This document shows, in pieces, positions 1 through 9,866 of a DNA stretch of 64,000 nucleotides. The position numbers were made by a program, and so were the translations under genes. The notes below the pieces were generated by a model. It searched no databases. It saw only the letters and a list, made by a program, of their open reading frames with translations, and was not told where the DNA came from. This DNA is from Nitrospirota bacterium (lineage in GTDB: Bacteria; Nitrospirota; UBA9217), in NCBI GenBank assembly GCA_963845065.1, contig CAWJQQ010000009.1, positions 544,001 to 608,000 on the forward strand, given 5' to 3'. Numbering within the stretch: position 1 is the stretch's first letter; each line of letters opens with the position of its first letter.

Positions 1-149
1 GAACGGATATGTTCTCCGCGAGCCAGAAGACCCTCTACTGTTTCTCCTGAGATCCCGAGGTTCATGACTCGATGCCCGGGAAAGCGGCCCTCCCAATCGA
101 ACCACTGGGTCAAGGAATCGCCGATGAATATGATGTTTGACATAGGCAT
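1..149 (-). CDS. SGNH/GDSL hydrolase, N-terminal part (runs off the window edge)
   Basis: Manual minus-strand translation gives MPMSNIIFIGDSLTQWFDWEGRFPGHRVMNLGISGETVEGLLAR, with GDSL block I and NLGISG block II. Not in the ORF track. Confidence 0.85.
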   Translation of the reverse strand, partial: MPMSNIIFIGDSLTQWFDWEGRFPGHRVMNLGISGETVEGLLARGEHIR

Positions 150-628
150 TTTGACTCTGGTTAACATCGAAAAAATATGATCGAATCAGCTTCGTGTCTG
201 CCCCAAAAAAAAAGATTTCTCAGTGTTGAGCACGAAGACGTCTGCTCCATTGACCCAGAGGGAAGGTAAATCTTTAATATTCCGGATGACATCGTCATAA
301 TACATGGCCTAGTAATTGCAGCCAAGATTGATGTCCAATTCTGTAAGTGCGCTGGTCATAGTCTGTCTCGCGCCAGAAGAAGGAGCTGCAGATCTTGGAC
401 ATGTATACATAAATCTTCAGAGACGTAATGATCTGTCGAAAAATGATAATCCACTGTTTAGACAATCCCAGCTGTTGTAAAAACGTGGGTGCGAGACGGG
501 CACAGAGAGAGGCAGTTGGAGATTGGGAATGGAAAAAAGGAGAATAAAAAATTTGGCTTACTATCTCACCGTTTTTTTATTATAGTTTTCCTCTGTGCTC
601 TCGCTAATTCCGTGGCCTAAATCGATAT

Positions 629-859
629 TTACCCAACATGGATGATCTGGACCGGGCACGAATCGGCGGCTTCCTTTATCTTGTCCAGGAGTTCTGCCGG
701 CGCATCCCCCTGCGCGGGATCGCCGCTCACAGAGTATTTCGGCGTGATCTCGCTCCAGTTATCAACAGTGTTCTGCTGAAAAAATTCCGGGCACGTGGCC
801 CAGCATGATTCACAGCTGATGCATTCTTCTCGGTCTATTGTGACTTTTGTGTTTGCCAT
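629..859 (-). CDS. Monocluster ferredoxin
   Basis: CISCESC motif plus distal SCPVQII in 76 aa. Confidence 0.9.
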   Translation of the reverse strand: MANTKVTIDREECISCESCWATCPEFFQQNTVDNWSEITPKYSVSGDPAQGDAPAELLDKIKEAADSCPVQIIHVG

Positions 860-921
860 GATGTACCGTCCTTCCGTTGATGATTCATGATGATGCGCTC
901 ATTGGGACCGCGGCGCTACAG

Positions 922-1236
922 TTATTCCTTTGCAAGCACGTCTTCAATCCACGAGAGCGCGGCCGATACGTTAGGGAAGCCAATGGTGCTCGTGAGCAGG
1001 ATGACCGCATGCCTGATCTCGTCCGGTTTCGCGCCTGCTGCAAGCGCCCGTCGCACGTGGGAGTGGACCGAGCCTTCCGAACGCACGGACGCTGCCGCGG
1101 CCAGTTGGATGAGTCTTGCCGTTTTTTCATTCAACGGTCCCGCGGCCTTGGTAGCCTTGCCAAGGTTTTCGACGGCCTTCATCACCCCTTTGTATCTTTT
1201 CTGGATCCCAACGTACTGCGCAGGTAATTTGGGCAT
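922..1236 (-). CDS. Carboxymuconolactone decarboxylase (CMD) family protein
   Basis: GPLNEKTARLIQL...HSHVRRALAAGAKPDEIRHA...GFP pattern; AGGAG RBS before MPKLPAQY at 1236. Confidence 0.85.
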   Translation of the reverse strand: MPKLPAQYVGIQKRYKGVMKAVENLGKATKAAGPLNEKTARLIQLAAAASVRSEGSVHSHVRRALAAGAKPDEIRHAVILLTSTIGFPNVSAALSWIEDVLAKE

Positions 1237-1739
1237 AAGATATCTCCTCTCGTTTCGTACGGCGATTGTTCTGAATGGTGTACCTGGTCGCATCTAGCCC
1301 TACTCGAGATATGCAGAACATATACTATATAGTTTAGGCAATTAAAAGGCATTAGTCAAGAAGCGGGATAATTTTGACCCGTATTGACAATCAATTTTTG
1401 TCTGCGTATGTTATCATTATGTTAAAGATTATTTTAACGTAAAGATGCCTCAAGTCGAGTTTTAGACGTAGCACTGTTACTGCAGTTCCCGTACTCTTCG
1501 GCAGCGGCCAAGCTAACGATAAAAAGACTGTTATGCGGGGATTCAAGGAGGTCCACGAAATCGTGAGGTGGCTGGTTAAAACCGTGATCAAAAATGCCAA
1601 AAAAGGGCGGAAGACCGTCGAGAAAAAGGTGGATGTGGACTGGAAAATAGCGGACAAATAAGCGCAAAAAACCTGAAAGAAGGTTGGAGAAGATATGGGG
1701 AAAGGACTGAAGGATTGATGTAGTTTAACGTCTCCACCG

Positions 1740-2412
1740 AGAATTCCCCTTCCGTAAGGGAGGGGATGAAAAGCAACATTTTTGACAAGATTTGATCCAC
1801 GTGCTATCTTTTACACTACTGCAATGTTGAAAATAAAAACTTATAAATACTGCATCTATCCAACGAAGAAACGGACATTGATTCTTACTCAAACCCTTGA
1901 TGCCTGTCAGATACTCTGTAATTTATGTATCGTAGACAGAAAAAACGCTTTTGAAAAGACTGGCAAAAGGATTATGGGGATACGACGGCAAGAGATCCTT
2001 AAGATCGATAAAAGCAAAATAAATTCCCTTGATGGCATCCACTCTCAAGTCCTGCAGAATGTTTTGTTTCGCATTGACCGGTCCTTTCAGAATCCCTTTC
2101 GCAGGGTTAAAGACAAGTCCGGGAAAGCCGGTTACCCGAGGTTTAAGGGTATAGGACAGTACGACTCCATCCATTATCCACAGGCTCCAGGGTTCCAGCT
2201 AACGCCGCGAGAACGAGTCCCCAAAATGCTTTCCGACAGGGTGCATAGTTGCCCTTTCTGTAAGACCGTTCAAGACCGTGACCACAACACTGCAGTAAAT
2301 AATATAAAAAAGTCTACGGCAGGAACTGCCGAAATCTGCGCTTGGGGAGAGGCGGTGCCTCAATGCCCTCAACGAACCAAGAAGCCTCGTCCGCAATGGC
2401 GAGGTAGTTCAC
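1740..2412 (+). mobile_element. Internally deleted IS200/IS605-family (tnpB-only) element
   Basis: Left-end hairpin TTCCCCTTCC-GTAA-GGGAGGGGA near 1744-1767; right-end GAAGCCTCGTCCGCAATGGCGAGGTAGTTCAC at 2381-2412; tnpB remnant between them. Confidence 0.8.
1824..2400 (+). pseudogene. tnpB: Truncated TnpB: N-terminal HTH region fused in frame to the Zn-ribbon, central RuvC region missing
   Basis: KTYKYCIYPT...SQVLQNVLFRIDRSFQN...GYPRFKG...YPQ joins directly to VPKMLSDRVHSCPFC...DRDHNTAVN; normal stop lost. Confidence 0.8.
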
Positions 2413-2442
2413 TGTGCGCACCGATGATCTCGAAAATCCAGA

Positions 2443-2471
2443 TTGACTTTCACGCGTCACCATTATATGCT
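2443..2471 (+). promoter_or_regulatory. Sigma70-type promoter for the Aas-like gene
   Basis: TTGACT-17 nt-TATGCT, about 50 nt upstream of the ATG at 2522. Confidence 0.5.
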
Positions 2472-2521
2472 GTCGCCGCCCGCTTCCATTTCCTGAGGAC
2501 CCTTCCTAGACGAGGCATGAC

Positions 2522-5134
2522 ATGATCCTGAACAAAATCCAGGAAGCTGCTGAGCGATATCCGGACACGATTGCCGTCCAGATGAAGACAGGCGACCGGT
2601 ACCAGCAATATACCTACAGACAGTTGTTGCGCCAGATCGCCTCCGTCGCCCAATCCCTGTCCGGGCAAGGCATCGTAAAGGGGGACCGTGTCGCACTCTT
2701 TTCTGAGAACCGACCCGAGTGGATGTTCGTTTACCTGGCCACGGTATCGCTGGGTGCGGTAATCGTGCCTCTTGACGCGCAACTCACGGAAAAAGAGGTA
2801 GCCATTCTCCTGGCAAGCTCGGAGACAAAGGCTGTTTTCGTATCGTCAACGACAACCCAGAAACTTCCCCGCAACGGTTCCATCACGGTCATCTCTTTTG
2901 ACGCGGGTAGCCAGATATCTTTCCCGGAGATGGTTGCCGCCTATCCCGATGCTCTGCTCCCGCCTGCTCCTGCTTCGGGAGACCTTGCAGCTCTCCTGTT
3001 CACTTCCGGCACTACTGGAGATCCGAAAGGCGTGATGCTGTCTCACGGCAATTTGGCGTCAAATTGCGTGAGCTGTATCAAGCTTGACCTTGTCCATCAC
3101 GATGATAACATGCTCTGTCTTCTCCCGTTGCACCATACCTACCCTACAATGGCGGCCATGTTGCTGTGCTTTTCGACTGGAGCCACGATCACTCTCCTGA
3201 ACAGCCTCAAAGGCCCTGATATTCTTGCCTGCATGCAAGAAAGGAAGATCAGCATTCTGCTTGGCGTACCGCAGCTGTTTACGGGCCTTCGCCGTGCCAT
3301 CTTTGAGGCAATCCAGAAGAAACCGGCGCCCGTGAGGCTGATGGTCGGACTCCTACTCGCACTAAACGGACTGCTGAGAAGGACTGTGGGTGTGAACATA
3401 GGCAAGGCTGCGTTCGGCAAGGTGCACGCGATGTTCGGTCCAGCATTCAGGCTCTTTGCGAGCGGTGGGGCACGACTCGATCCAGACGTGTACACCGATA
3501 TGACCAACCTCGGGTTCATAGTCATAGAGGGGTATGGATTGACAGAGACCTCGCCGGTGGCCACCTTTAACCCTCTCTCGAAGCAAAAAGCAGGCTCCAT
3601 CGGTATCCCCGTACCCGGTGTATCGGTCAGGATCGCGAATGTCGATGAGAACGGCCATGGTGAGATCGCGATCCGTGGTTTTAACGTGATGCTCGGGTAC
3701 TACAAGAAACCGCAGGATACAGCGGAGGTAATACGGGATGGCTGGTTCTACAGCGGAGACCTCGGCTACCGCGACAAAGATGGATACTTTTTCATCACCG
3801 GCAGATCCAAAGAAATGATTGTGCTAGCAACAGGAAAAAAAATTTTCCCCGACGAACTTGAGAAGTTTTATAAACAAATTCCTTTCATCAAGGAAATCTG
3901 TCTGCTTCAGGGCAACCACGGGCTGGAGGCCGCGGTCGTACCAGACTTTGAATATCTCAGGAAGATGAACATGTCGAACTCCCGAGAGACAATTGCTTTT
4001 GAGATCGAGGATCTCTCCAAGGATCTCCCACCCTACAAGCGGATCACGGGACTTAAAATATTCAAAGACCCCTTTCCGGTCACGAGACTTGGCAAGCTCA
4101 GAAGGATAAAGATAAAGGAACTTTATGACACGGGCGGCGAGCGTGCCGAGAAGTCAGCGCAGGAAATTGACACAGGTCTGCTGCAAGATCCAGTGGCCAG
4201 AAAAGTGCTGGCATGCCTTGAACCTTTTTCCTCAAAGAAGAAAATTATGCCGGATGACAATCTTGAACTCGACCTCGGTTTTGACTCGCTCACGCGCGTA
4301 GAACTAGTCGTGAGCATCGAGAAATCTTTTGACATCTCGGTTCCCGAATCCTTCGGTTCCGAGGTATTCACCGTCAGGGACTTGATCCAGAAAATCAATG
4401 ACATGCTAACTGCAGGATCGATTGCGTCTAAAAAGAATGTGAAGATATCCTGGTCGGAAATCTTGGCCATGGAACCATCGGCATATTTGGCGTTATCTCT
4501 GAGGTTTGATCCAGGTCCGCTGCTCAACGTTCTGCGCTATACGCTCAAGGTGGCGCTCAAACTCATATATATCGTATATGGTCAGCTTTCAGTTCGTGGT
4601 ATGGAAAATCTTCCTTCGAAGGGCGCCTATATTCTCGCACCGAACCATCTGAGTTTAGCTGATGCTCCCGCAATTGTTTCCGCAGTATCCTGGCATGTTG
4701 CTACCCAAACGTTTTTCCTCGGGACAACTGATTATTTCGGCGGTCCGTTCTCCTCCAAAATAGCCGGCTACATCAACGTGATTCCCGTAAACATGGAAGT
4801 ACGACTTTACGGCGCAATGCAGATGTCGGCCCACGTGCTTCGGCATAACAAGGTCCTGTGCGTCTTCCCAGAAGGAGGGCGCTCGCGCGATGGTAATATC
4901 AAAGAATTTAAAAAGGGCGTCGGCATTATCGCAAAAGAATTGAACATCCCGATCATCCCCGTCGCGATCATGGGGACTTACGAAATGCTGCCACCCGGCA
5001 AGAGGTTCCCAAGGCCTGCCCAGATCAGTGTGACGTTCGGCAAGCCGGTTTACCCTGAAGGTAAGGATTACGACGAGATCGTGAAAACATTGTACCAGAA
5101 AGTGGTTGAGTTACTGGGGCAGGAACATTCCTGA
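2522..5134 (+). CDS. Long-chain acyl-CoA/ACP ligase-ACP-acyltransferase fusion (Aas-like)
   Basis: FTSGTTGDPKG, EGYGLTET and SGDLG AMP-binding motifs; LGFDSL phosphopantetheine site; NHLSLAD and FPEGGRS acyltransferase motifs. Confidence 0.92.
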   Translation: MILNKIQEAAERYPDTIAVQMKTGDRYQQYTYRQLLRQIASVAQSLSGQGIVKGDRVALFSENRPEWMFVYLATVSLGAVIVPLDAQLTEKEVAILLASSETKAVFVSSTTTQKLPRNGSITVISFDAGSQISFPEMVAAYPDALLPPAPASGDLAALLFTSGTTGDPKGVMLSHGNLASNCVSCIKLDLVHHDDNMLCLLPLHHTYPTMAAMLLCFSTGATITLLNSLKGPDILACMQERKISILLGVPQLFTGLRRAIFEAIQKKPAPVRLMVGLLLALNGLLRRTVGVNIGKAAFGKVHAMFGPAFRLFASGGARLDPDVYTDMTNLGFIVIEGYGLTETSPVATFNPLSKQKAGSIGIPVPGVSVRIANVDENGHGEIAIRGFNVMLGYYKKPQDTAEVIRDGWFYSGDLGYRDKDGYFFITGRSKEMIVLATGKKIFPDELEKFYKQIPFIKEICLLQGNHGLEAAVVPDFEYLRKMNMSNSRETIAFEIEDLSKDLPPYKRITGLKIFKDPFPVTRLGKLRRIKIKELYDTGGERAEKSAQEIDTGLLQDPVARKVLACLEPFSSKKKIMPDDNLELDLGFDSLTRVELVVSIEKSFDISVPESFGSEVFTVRDLIQKINDMLTAGSIASKKNVKISWSEILAMEPSAYLALSLRFDPGPLLNVLRYTLKVALKLIYIVYGQLSVRGMENLPSKGAYILAPNHLSLADAPAIVSAVSWHVATQTFFLGTTDYFGGPFSSKIAGYINVIPVNMEVRLYGAMQMSAHVLRHNKVLCVFPEGGRSRDGNIKEFKKGVGIIAKELNIPIIPVAIMGTYEMLPPGKRFPRPAQISVTFGKPVYPEGKDYDEIVKTLYQKVVELLGQEHS

Positions 5135-5209
5135 GGGATATTCGAAATCAATGTCATTTTCAGTTGCCTTTTTCCCCTGTCGGTAACAAACGGTTAAGGA
5201 TAGAAATAG

Positions 5210-6106
5210 ATGAAATCTGTCAAGCTGCCGCTCATACTCTGTTTGATATTGTTGCTGACGTCCTGTGTTTCGACCCAGGGACCACCGGTTGTAGGGACGC
5301 CAAGGCCGAAAATAGCGCTTGTGCTAGGCGGCGGTGCAGCCCGGGGTTTTGCACATGTCGGCGTGATACGGGTACTTGAGCAAGAGAAGATTCCCATTGA
5401 CATGATTGTTGGCACCAGTGTCGGGAGCCTCATCGGGGCGATTTATGCCTACGATGTCAATAGCTTTGACCTGGAGTGGACGGCGTTTTCACTCGAAAAA
5501 GACGACCTGTTCGATTTTGGGATACTGACGGCAATTACCGGAATGGGCGCTGCAAAGGGAGAAAAGCTGGAGACATTCGTAAAGAGCAAGGTCTTAGTTC
5601 CGAATATCGAGAACCTCAAAATCCCCTTTGCAGCTGTCGCCACGGACCTGAATCTGGGAACGCGGGTAGTGCTAGACCGGGGATCCGTAGCAAAGGCAGT
5701 CCGCGCGAGCAGCGCCATCCCGGGAGTGTTTAATCCTGTGGATTATCAGGGGAAGCTCCTCGTGGACGGGGGGTTGATAGATGATATCCCCATCTCCGTT
5801 GCGCGGGAGCGGGGCGCGGACCTGGTCATTGCAGTGGACATCAGCGAAAACGTGATTAACTATAATATTACAAACCTCGTCGACGTGATACTCCAGGCCG
5901 TTACCATAATGGCCTTCGAGAACGTGAAGTATAAACGGAAAGAGGCCGATGTGCTCATTTCTCCTGCCGTGGGGAACGTGGGCATGCTGGACTTTACTCA
6001 GAAAAAAAGGTGTATGCAGGCTGGCATTGATGCTGCACAGAAGGCAATGCCAGAGATCAAAAAGAAGATCGAGGAATGGGAGAAGAAAAACGCGGTAAAA
6101 AAATAA
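5210..6106 (+). CDS. Patatin-like phospholipase, predicted lipoprotein
   Basis: GGGAARG, GTSVG and DGG motifs; LLTSC lipobox. Confidence 0.92.
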   Translation: MKSVKLPLILCLILLLTSCVSTQGPPVVGTPRPKIALVLGGGAARGFAHVGVIRVLEQEKIPIDMIVGTSVGSLIGAIYAYDVNSFDLEWTAFSLEKDDLFDFGILTAITGMGAAKGEKLETFVKSKVLVPNIENLKIPFAAVATDLNLGTRVVLDRGSVAKAVRASSAIPGVFNPVDYQGKLLVDGGLIDDIPISVARERGADLVIAVDISENVINYNITNLVDVILQAVTIMAFENVKYKRKEADVLISPAVGNVGMLDFTQKKRCMQAGIDAAQKAMPEIKKKIEEWEKKNAVKK

Positions 6107-6608
6107 TGTTTGATATCCATAAAAGCTGATAGATGGAAAAATGCAGCATCATGTAGATTTTGATAGAAAAGGTTGTAACTTCTGCTGTCTAATCCCAGGC
6201 ATCATGGACTCGTTTTGTCTGAATCAACCTATGATGCTTGTTATTATCACGAACTTCGGAACGAGTTGTTACCTTCGAGAGGCAAAAACCACTGCCCCAG
6301 ACCCCAGAATGTAAGGGCATCAATTTGACGTTATATATGGATAGAGCATGTGGGGTATCCCGCGCTGGATGCCTAAATCGCTGCTATCGGATGGATGTTG
6401 TAGTTGACGCCAAAGCTATTGTGAATATTAAATGCGTTGTTAAAAAATATGGACAGTCCATAAGGCTCAAAATCTACACTTTTTTTAGCAATTCTAAAGT
6501 ATGAATATTGGTTTGATCATAAATTATCACTCTGAATTTATTTAAGGCGAAATCAAAAGGCATGTTTTCTAGCTTCTATGTCTTCGGATCATCCTAAGGA
6601 CTTTTTTA

Positions 6609-7460
6609 ATGCTGAAAAAAATAAAAATTATACTCGAAATGATCAAGTTTGAACACACGATCTTCGCACTGCCGTTCGCCTTTACCGGTGCGCTGCTCGC
6701 AGCGCATGAGATCCCGCCTTGGAAGACAGTTCTCTGGATAATTGTGGCAATGGTAGGTGCGCGTTCAGCGGCCATGGGATTCAATCGTTGGGCCGACAGA
6801 AAATTTGACGCTGAAAACCCCCGTACGAAAGAGCGCGCCTTACCGAAAGGACTTGTGACATCCCGGCAGGTCGTCGTCTTTATCGCGGCCTCGTCAGCCC
6901 TGCTTGTCTTCGCAGCTTATATGCTAAACCCGCTGGCGTTTGCACTGTCACCAGTTGCGCTTGCCATCGTATTCTTTTATTCCTATACCAAGCGGTTTAC
7001 GTTCCTATCCCATGCCTTCCTTGGGCTCGGCATCTCTGGCGCGCCCCTGGGTGCTTGGATCGCGGTCACGGGGAGATTCGATACCCCAGCGTTTGTGCTC
7101 AGCGCAGCAGTGCTTTTCTGGCTTTTGGGGTTCGATGTGCTATATGCGCTCCAGGACATCGATTTTGACAACAGGGCCGGGCTCCATTCAATACCTCAGC
7201 AGTTCGGCATCGGACGTTCGCTCTGGATTTCTCGGATTTCCCATGTAATCACTATGGTGATGCTTTTCTGGCTATCGTCGCTGCTTTCGCTCGGAAGGTA
7301 CTATCGTGCTGGCGTGCTTCTCTCACTGGCCCTGATCGTTTATGAACATTCACTCGTACGGAAGAATGATCTCTCAAAGCTTAATTTTGCGTTCTTTAAC
7401 ATGAATGGGTATATCAGCGTAACGATATTTCTATTCACACTGCTCGATATTCTTCTATGA
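6609..7460 (+). CDS. mqnP: UbiA-like polyprenyltransferase of the futalosine menaquinone pathway
   Basis: KFEHTIFALPFA, ARSAAMGFNRWADRKFDAENPRT, YSYTKRF, AFFNMNG. Confidence 0.88.
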   Translation: MLKKIKIILEMIKFEHTIFALPFAFTGALLAAHEIPPWKTVLWIIVAMVGARSAAMGFNRWADRKFDAENPRTKERALPKGLVTSRQVVVFIAASSALLVFAAYMLNPLAFALSPVALAIVFFYSYTKRFTFLSHAFLGLGISGAPLGAWIAVTGRFDTPAFVLSAAVLFWLLGFDVLYALQDIDFDNRAGLHSIPQQFGIGRSLWISRISHVITMVMLFWLSSLLSLGRYYRAGVLLSLALIVYEHSLVRKNDLSKLNFAFFNMNGYISVTIFLFTLLDILL

Positions 7461-7623
7461 CAAGAACAAAAAAAAATCTGAGAGCTGCCGATTGACAAAG
7501 AATGGGAATACTGCTAGTTTATACCACTATGTTTTATTTACCTACGATGTAGTGGGCCAGAAAAAGGCTCCGTCGATATATAAAGAAGCACATTATTTCA
7601 CTCAGAAAAGGAGAAGAACAGTC

Positions 7624-8322
7624 ATGAAGAGAAGTCTAGTAATCATTATGTGTGTATCGCTTGTCGCAGGCACGGCTTTTGGCGAGGAAAAGCAGGCGTT
7701 GACGACTCAAAAAGAAAAATTGAGCTATGCCATTGGCATTGATATGGGTACAAGTCTGAAAAAGAACGCCATCGACGTGGATCCTAATATCGTGTACAAA
7801 GGAATTAAAGATGCCCTATCAGGCGGCACACGGCTCATGACAGATCAGGAACTCAAGGACACAATCCAGACGGCGCAAAAGGAACTTATGGCGAAGCAGC
7901 AGCAGAAAATGAAGGACCTTGCTGAGAAGAACAAGAAAGAAGGAGAGGAATTCCTGGCCGCAAACAAAAAAAAACCAGGGGTGAAAACCCTGCCTAGTGG
8001 TCTGCAGTATAAAGTCATTACAGAGGGAAAGGGCAAGATGCCCAAGGCAACAGATACGGTAACAGTTAATTATAAAGGCATGCTTATCGATGGCACTGTA
8101 TTCGACAGTTCGTATAAACGCAACGCACCGTCTACCTTCCCTGTGACCGGAGTGATCAAAGGTTGGACAGAGGCATTACAGTTGATGAAAGAGGGGTCCA
8201 AGTGGGAACTCTTCATTCCCGCTGATCTCGCATACGGGGAGCGGGGTGGTGGCCCTATTGGCCCGAATGCGGTCTTGATTTTCGAGGTGGAGTTGCTTTC
8301 GATCAAGTCCAATGCGAAGTAG
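7624..8322 (+). CDS. Mip/FkpA-type FKBP peptidyl-prolyl isomerase
   Basis: Signal peptide, KLSYAIG dimerisation helix, SGLQYKV...VIKGWTEAL...LIFEVELL; AGGAG RBS before ATG 7624. Confidence 0.93.
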   Translation: MKRSLVIIMCVSLVAGTAFGEEKQALTTQKEKLSYAIGIDMGTSLKKNAIDVDPNIVYKGIKDALSGGTRLMTDQELKDTIQTAQKELMAKQQQKMKDLAEKNKKEGEEFLAANKKKPGVKTLPSGLQYKVITEGKGKMPKATDTVTVNYKGMLIDGTVFDSSYKRNAPSTFPVTGVIKGWTEALQLMKEGSKWELFIPADLAYGERGGGPIGPNAVLIFEVELLSIKSNAK

Positions 8323-8599
8323 TTCGCTCGCAGCAAAACTGTGAACGAAACAGAAAATTATGTGGGAAATGTTAAAACTATTTTACTCTTTTTCGCTCTA
8401 AAACCTTTGCCTTTAGACCGGGGATATATATGGCGCTGTCGAACTTTGGCTAAGATTGGCAAACATAAAAGAACCAACTATAATTGAAAATATGTCCACG
8501 TCAGGGAGAAAACTAATCTCTGCGTTGTTCTTTGAAACCAGAAGAATGGGGTTCCGATGTCGTGATTTACGACCAACGTAGGGAACCTTCAGAACTATT

Positions 8600-8846
8600 G
8601 GACAAAAGCGCGGTTCTATAAAGAAATAACCATGAGACGACAGGTGCCTCTTGGAGTAGTGGCTATTTAACACAGCCGACGGTCAACCGGTTTGCCTGAA
8701 GAAAAACCAGGCGAGTTTCATTAGCCCATGAATCGGGGATGTGGCAAACATCTTTGCCGCATCTGTAAACAAAATCAGTATTGGCTCGCAGTAGCAGTAG
8801 AGCCTGATGCGGGAATCCCTGGCCTTCAGGCCAGGGAGGACGTCAA
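8600..8846. mobile_element. Degraded IS200/IS605 remnant
   Basis: Right-end-like GGAATCCCTGGCCTTCAGGCCAGGGAGGACGTCAA at about 8812-8846; minus-strand HYSKRHLSSHGYF resembles the TnpA 'HLWSxGYF' motif. Confidence 0.55.
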
Positions 8847-8947
8847 AACTCCCTTCCTTATTTTTTTCTTGTTAGCATAACAGGGTGACAAGGTATGGTT
8901 TTTTTGATTTAACTTGAGGAAGAGACCTCTCGCTTTAATGCAGGGGA

Positions 8948-9745
8948 TCACTTCTGGAGCGCCACTTCTCCGCCCCATTCCTTCAGCTTTTCCGTAATGA
9001 AGTCGATGATCTGCTGATGTTCATCGATACCGCGGTCCCTGACCCAAAGCGGACTTCCAAAGGCGATATGGACTGTTTTTGCGGGTACGATCCTGCCGAA
9101 ATCCTTAAGGAATTTTCCGTTGCCCCAAGCGTCGGTTTTGAGCGCAATGGGCACGACCGGCACGCCCGCTTTTTTTGCGAGTTTAATCCCGATCGAATTG
9201 AATTGTTCAGGATCGAAGATTGGTGTGCGCGTGGTCTGCGGGAAAATAATGATAGATGTGCCGGCTTTCAGGCGTTCGGAACCTCCTTCCAACACCGCCC
9301 TCAAATCCTCCCGCGGGTTTGCTCTTCCGACGGTTATGGGGTTCCTCGAACGCATGACATATTTGAAAACCGGGTACTCAACGAGACTTTGTTTTACGAC
9401 AAAGGTCGCTTCTTTGAATGAAGAAATGAGGACTGGAAGGACGAAGGTCTCGAGTGTGCTCATGTGGTTGCCGATAAATATGCAGGGGCCTTCGAGCGAC
9501 CGAAAATAATCGATGCCGGTGACCTCGATTCTGCTTCCGACGTACTCAAGTGCGCGGAGGCTGTCAAGGCTGCTTACGCACCACTCTGACGTACCGTAAG
9601 AGCCTTGTCTTGCTTTTTTACTGGCCCTCCGGACGATTCGGATAAGATTGAGGTAAAACAAGAACGAAGGAAAGAGTCTAGCAAGGACCGGTACCTGCCC
9701 CGGCGTTGTGGTATAGGAACTACTTTGCAAGTCTATCGAATTCAC
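8948..9745 (-). CDS. Lysophospholipid (PlsC-type) acyltransferase
   Basis: NHMSTLE, IFPQTTR, VPVVPIAL. Confidence 0.88.
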   Translation of the reverse strand: MNSIDLQSSSYTTTPGQVPVLARLFPSFLFYLNLIRIVRRASKKARQGSYGTSEWCVSSLDSLRALEYVGSRIEVTGIDYFRSLEGPCIFIGNHMSTLETFVLPVLISSFKEATFVVKQSLVEYPVFKYVMRSRNPITVGRANPREDLRAVLEGGSERLKAGTSIIIFPQTTRTPIFDPEQFNSIGIKLAKKAGVPVVPIALKTDAWGNGKFLKDFGRIVPAKTVHIAFGSPLWVRDRGIDEHQQIIDFITEKLKEWGGEVALQK

Positions 9746-9866
9746 ACCTGTGCTCCGATATCATGAATTATTTTCGTTACAAAATTTTAGTATACCATGA
9801 TAGGGAGAAAGAGTGAAGGGAGAAATATGGATCCGGAAACCGCTGTGGAACAACAGATGGTAACGG

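Noticed and set aside
1391..1710. Short ORFs on both strands
   Set aside because: The plus frame looks like a decayed Lys-rich protein with stops, and the minus ORFs are its shadows. No family recognised.
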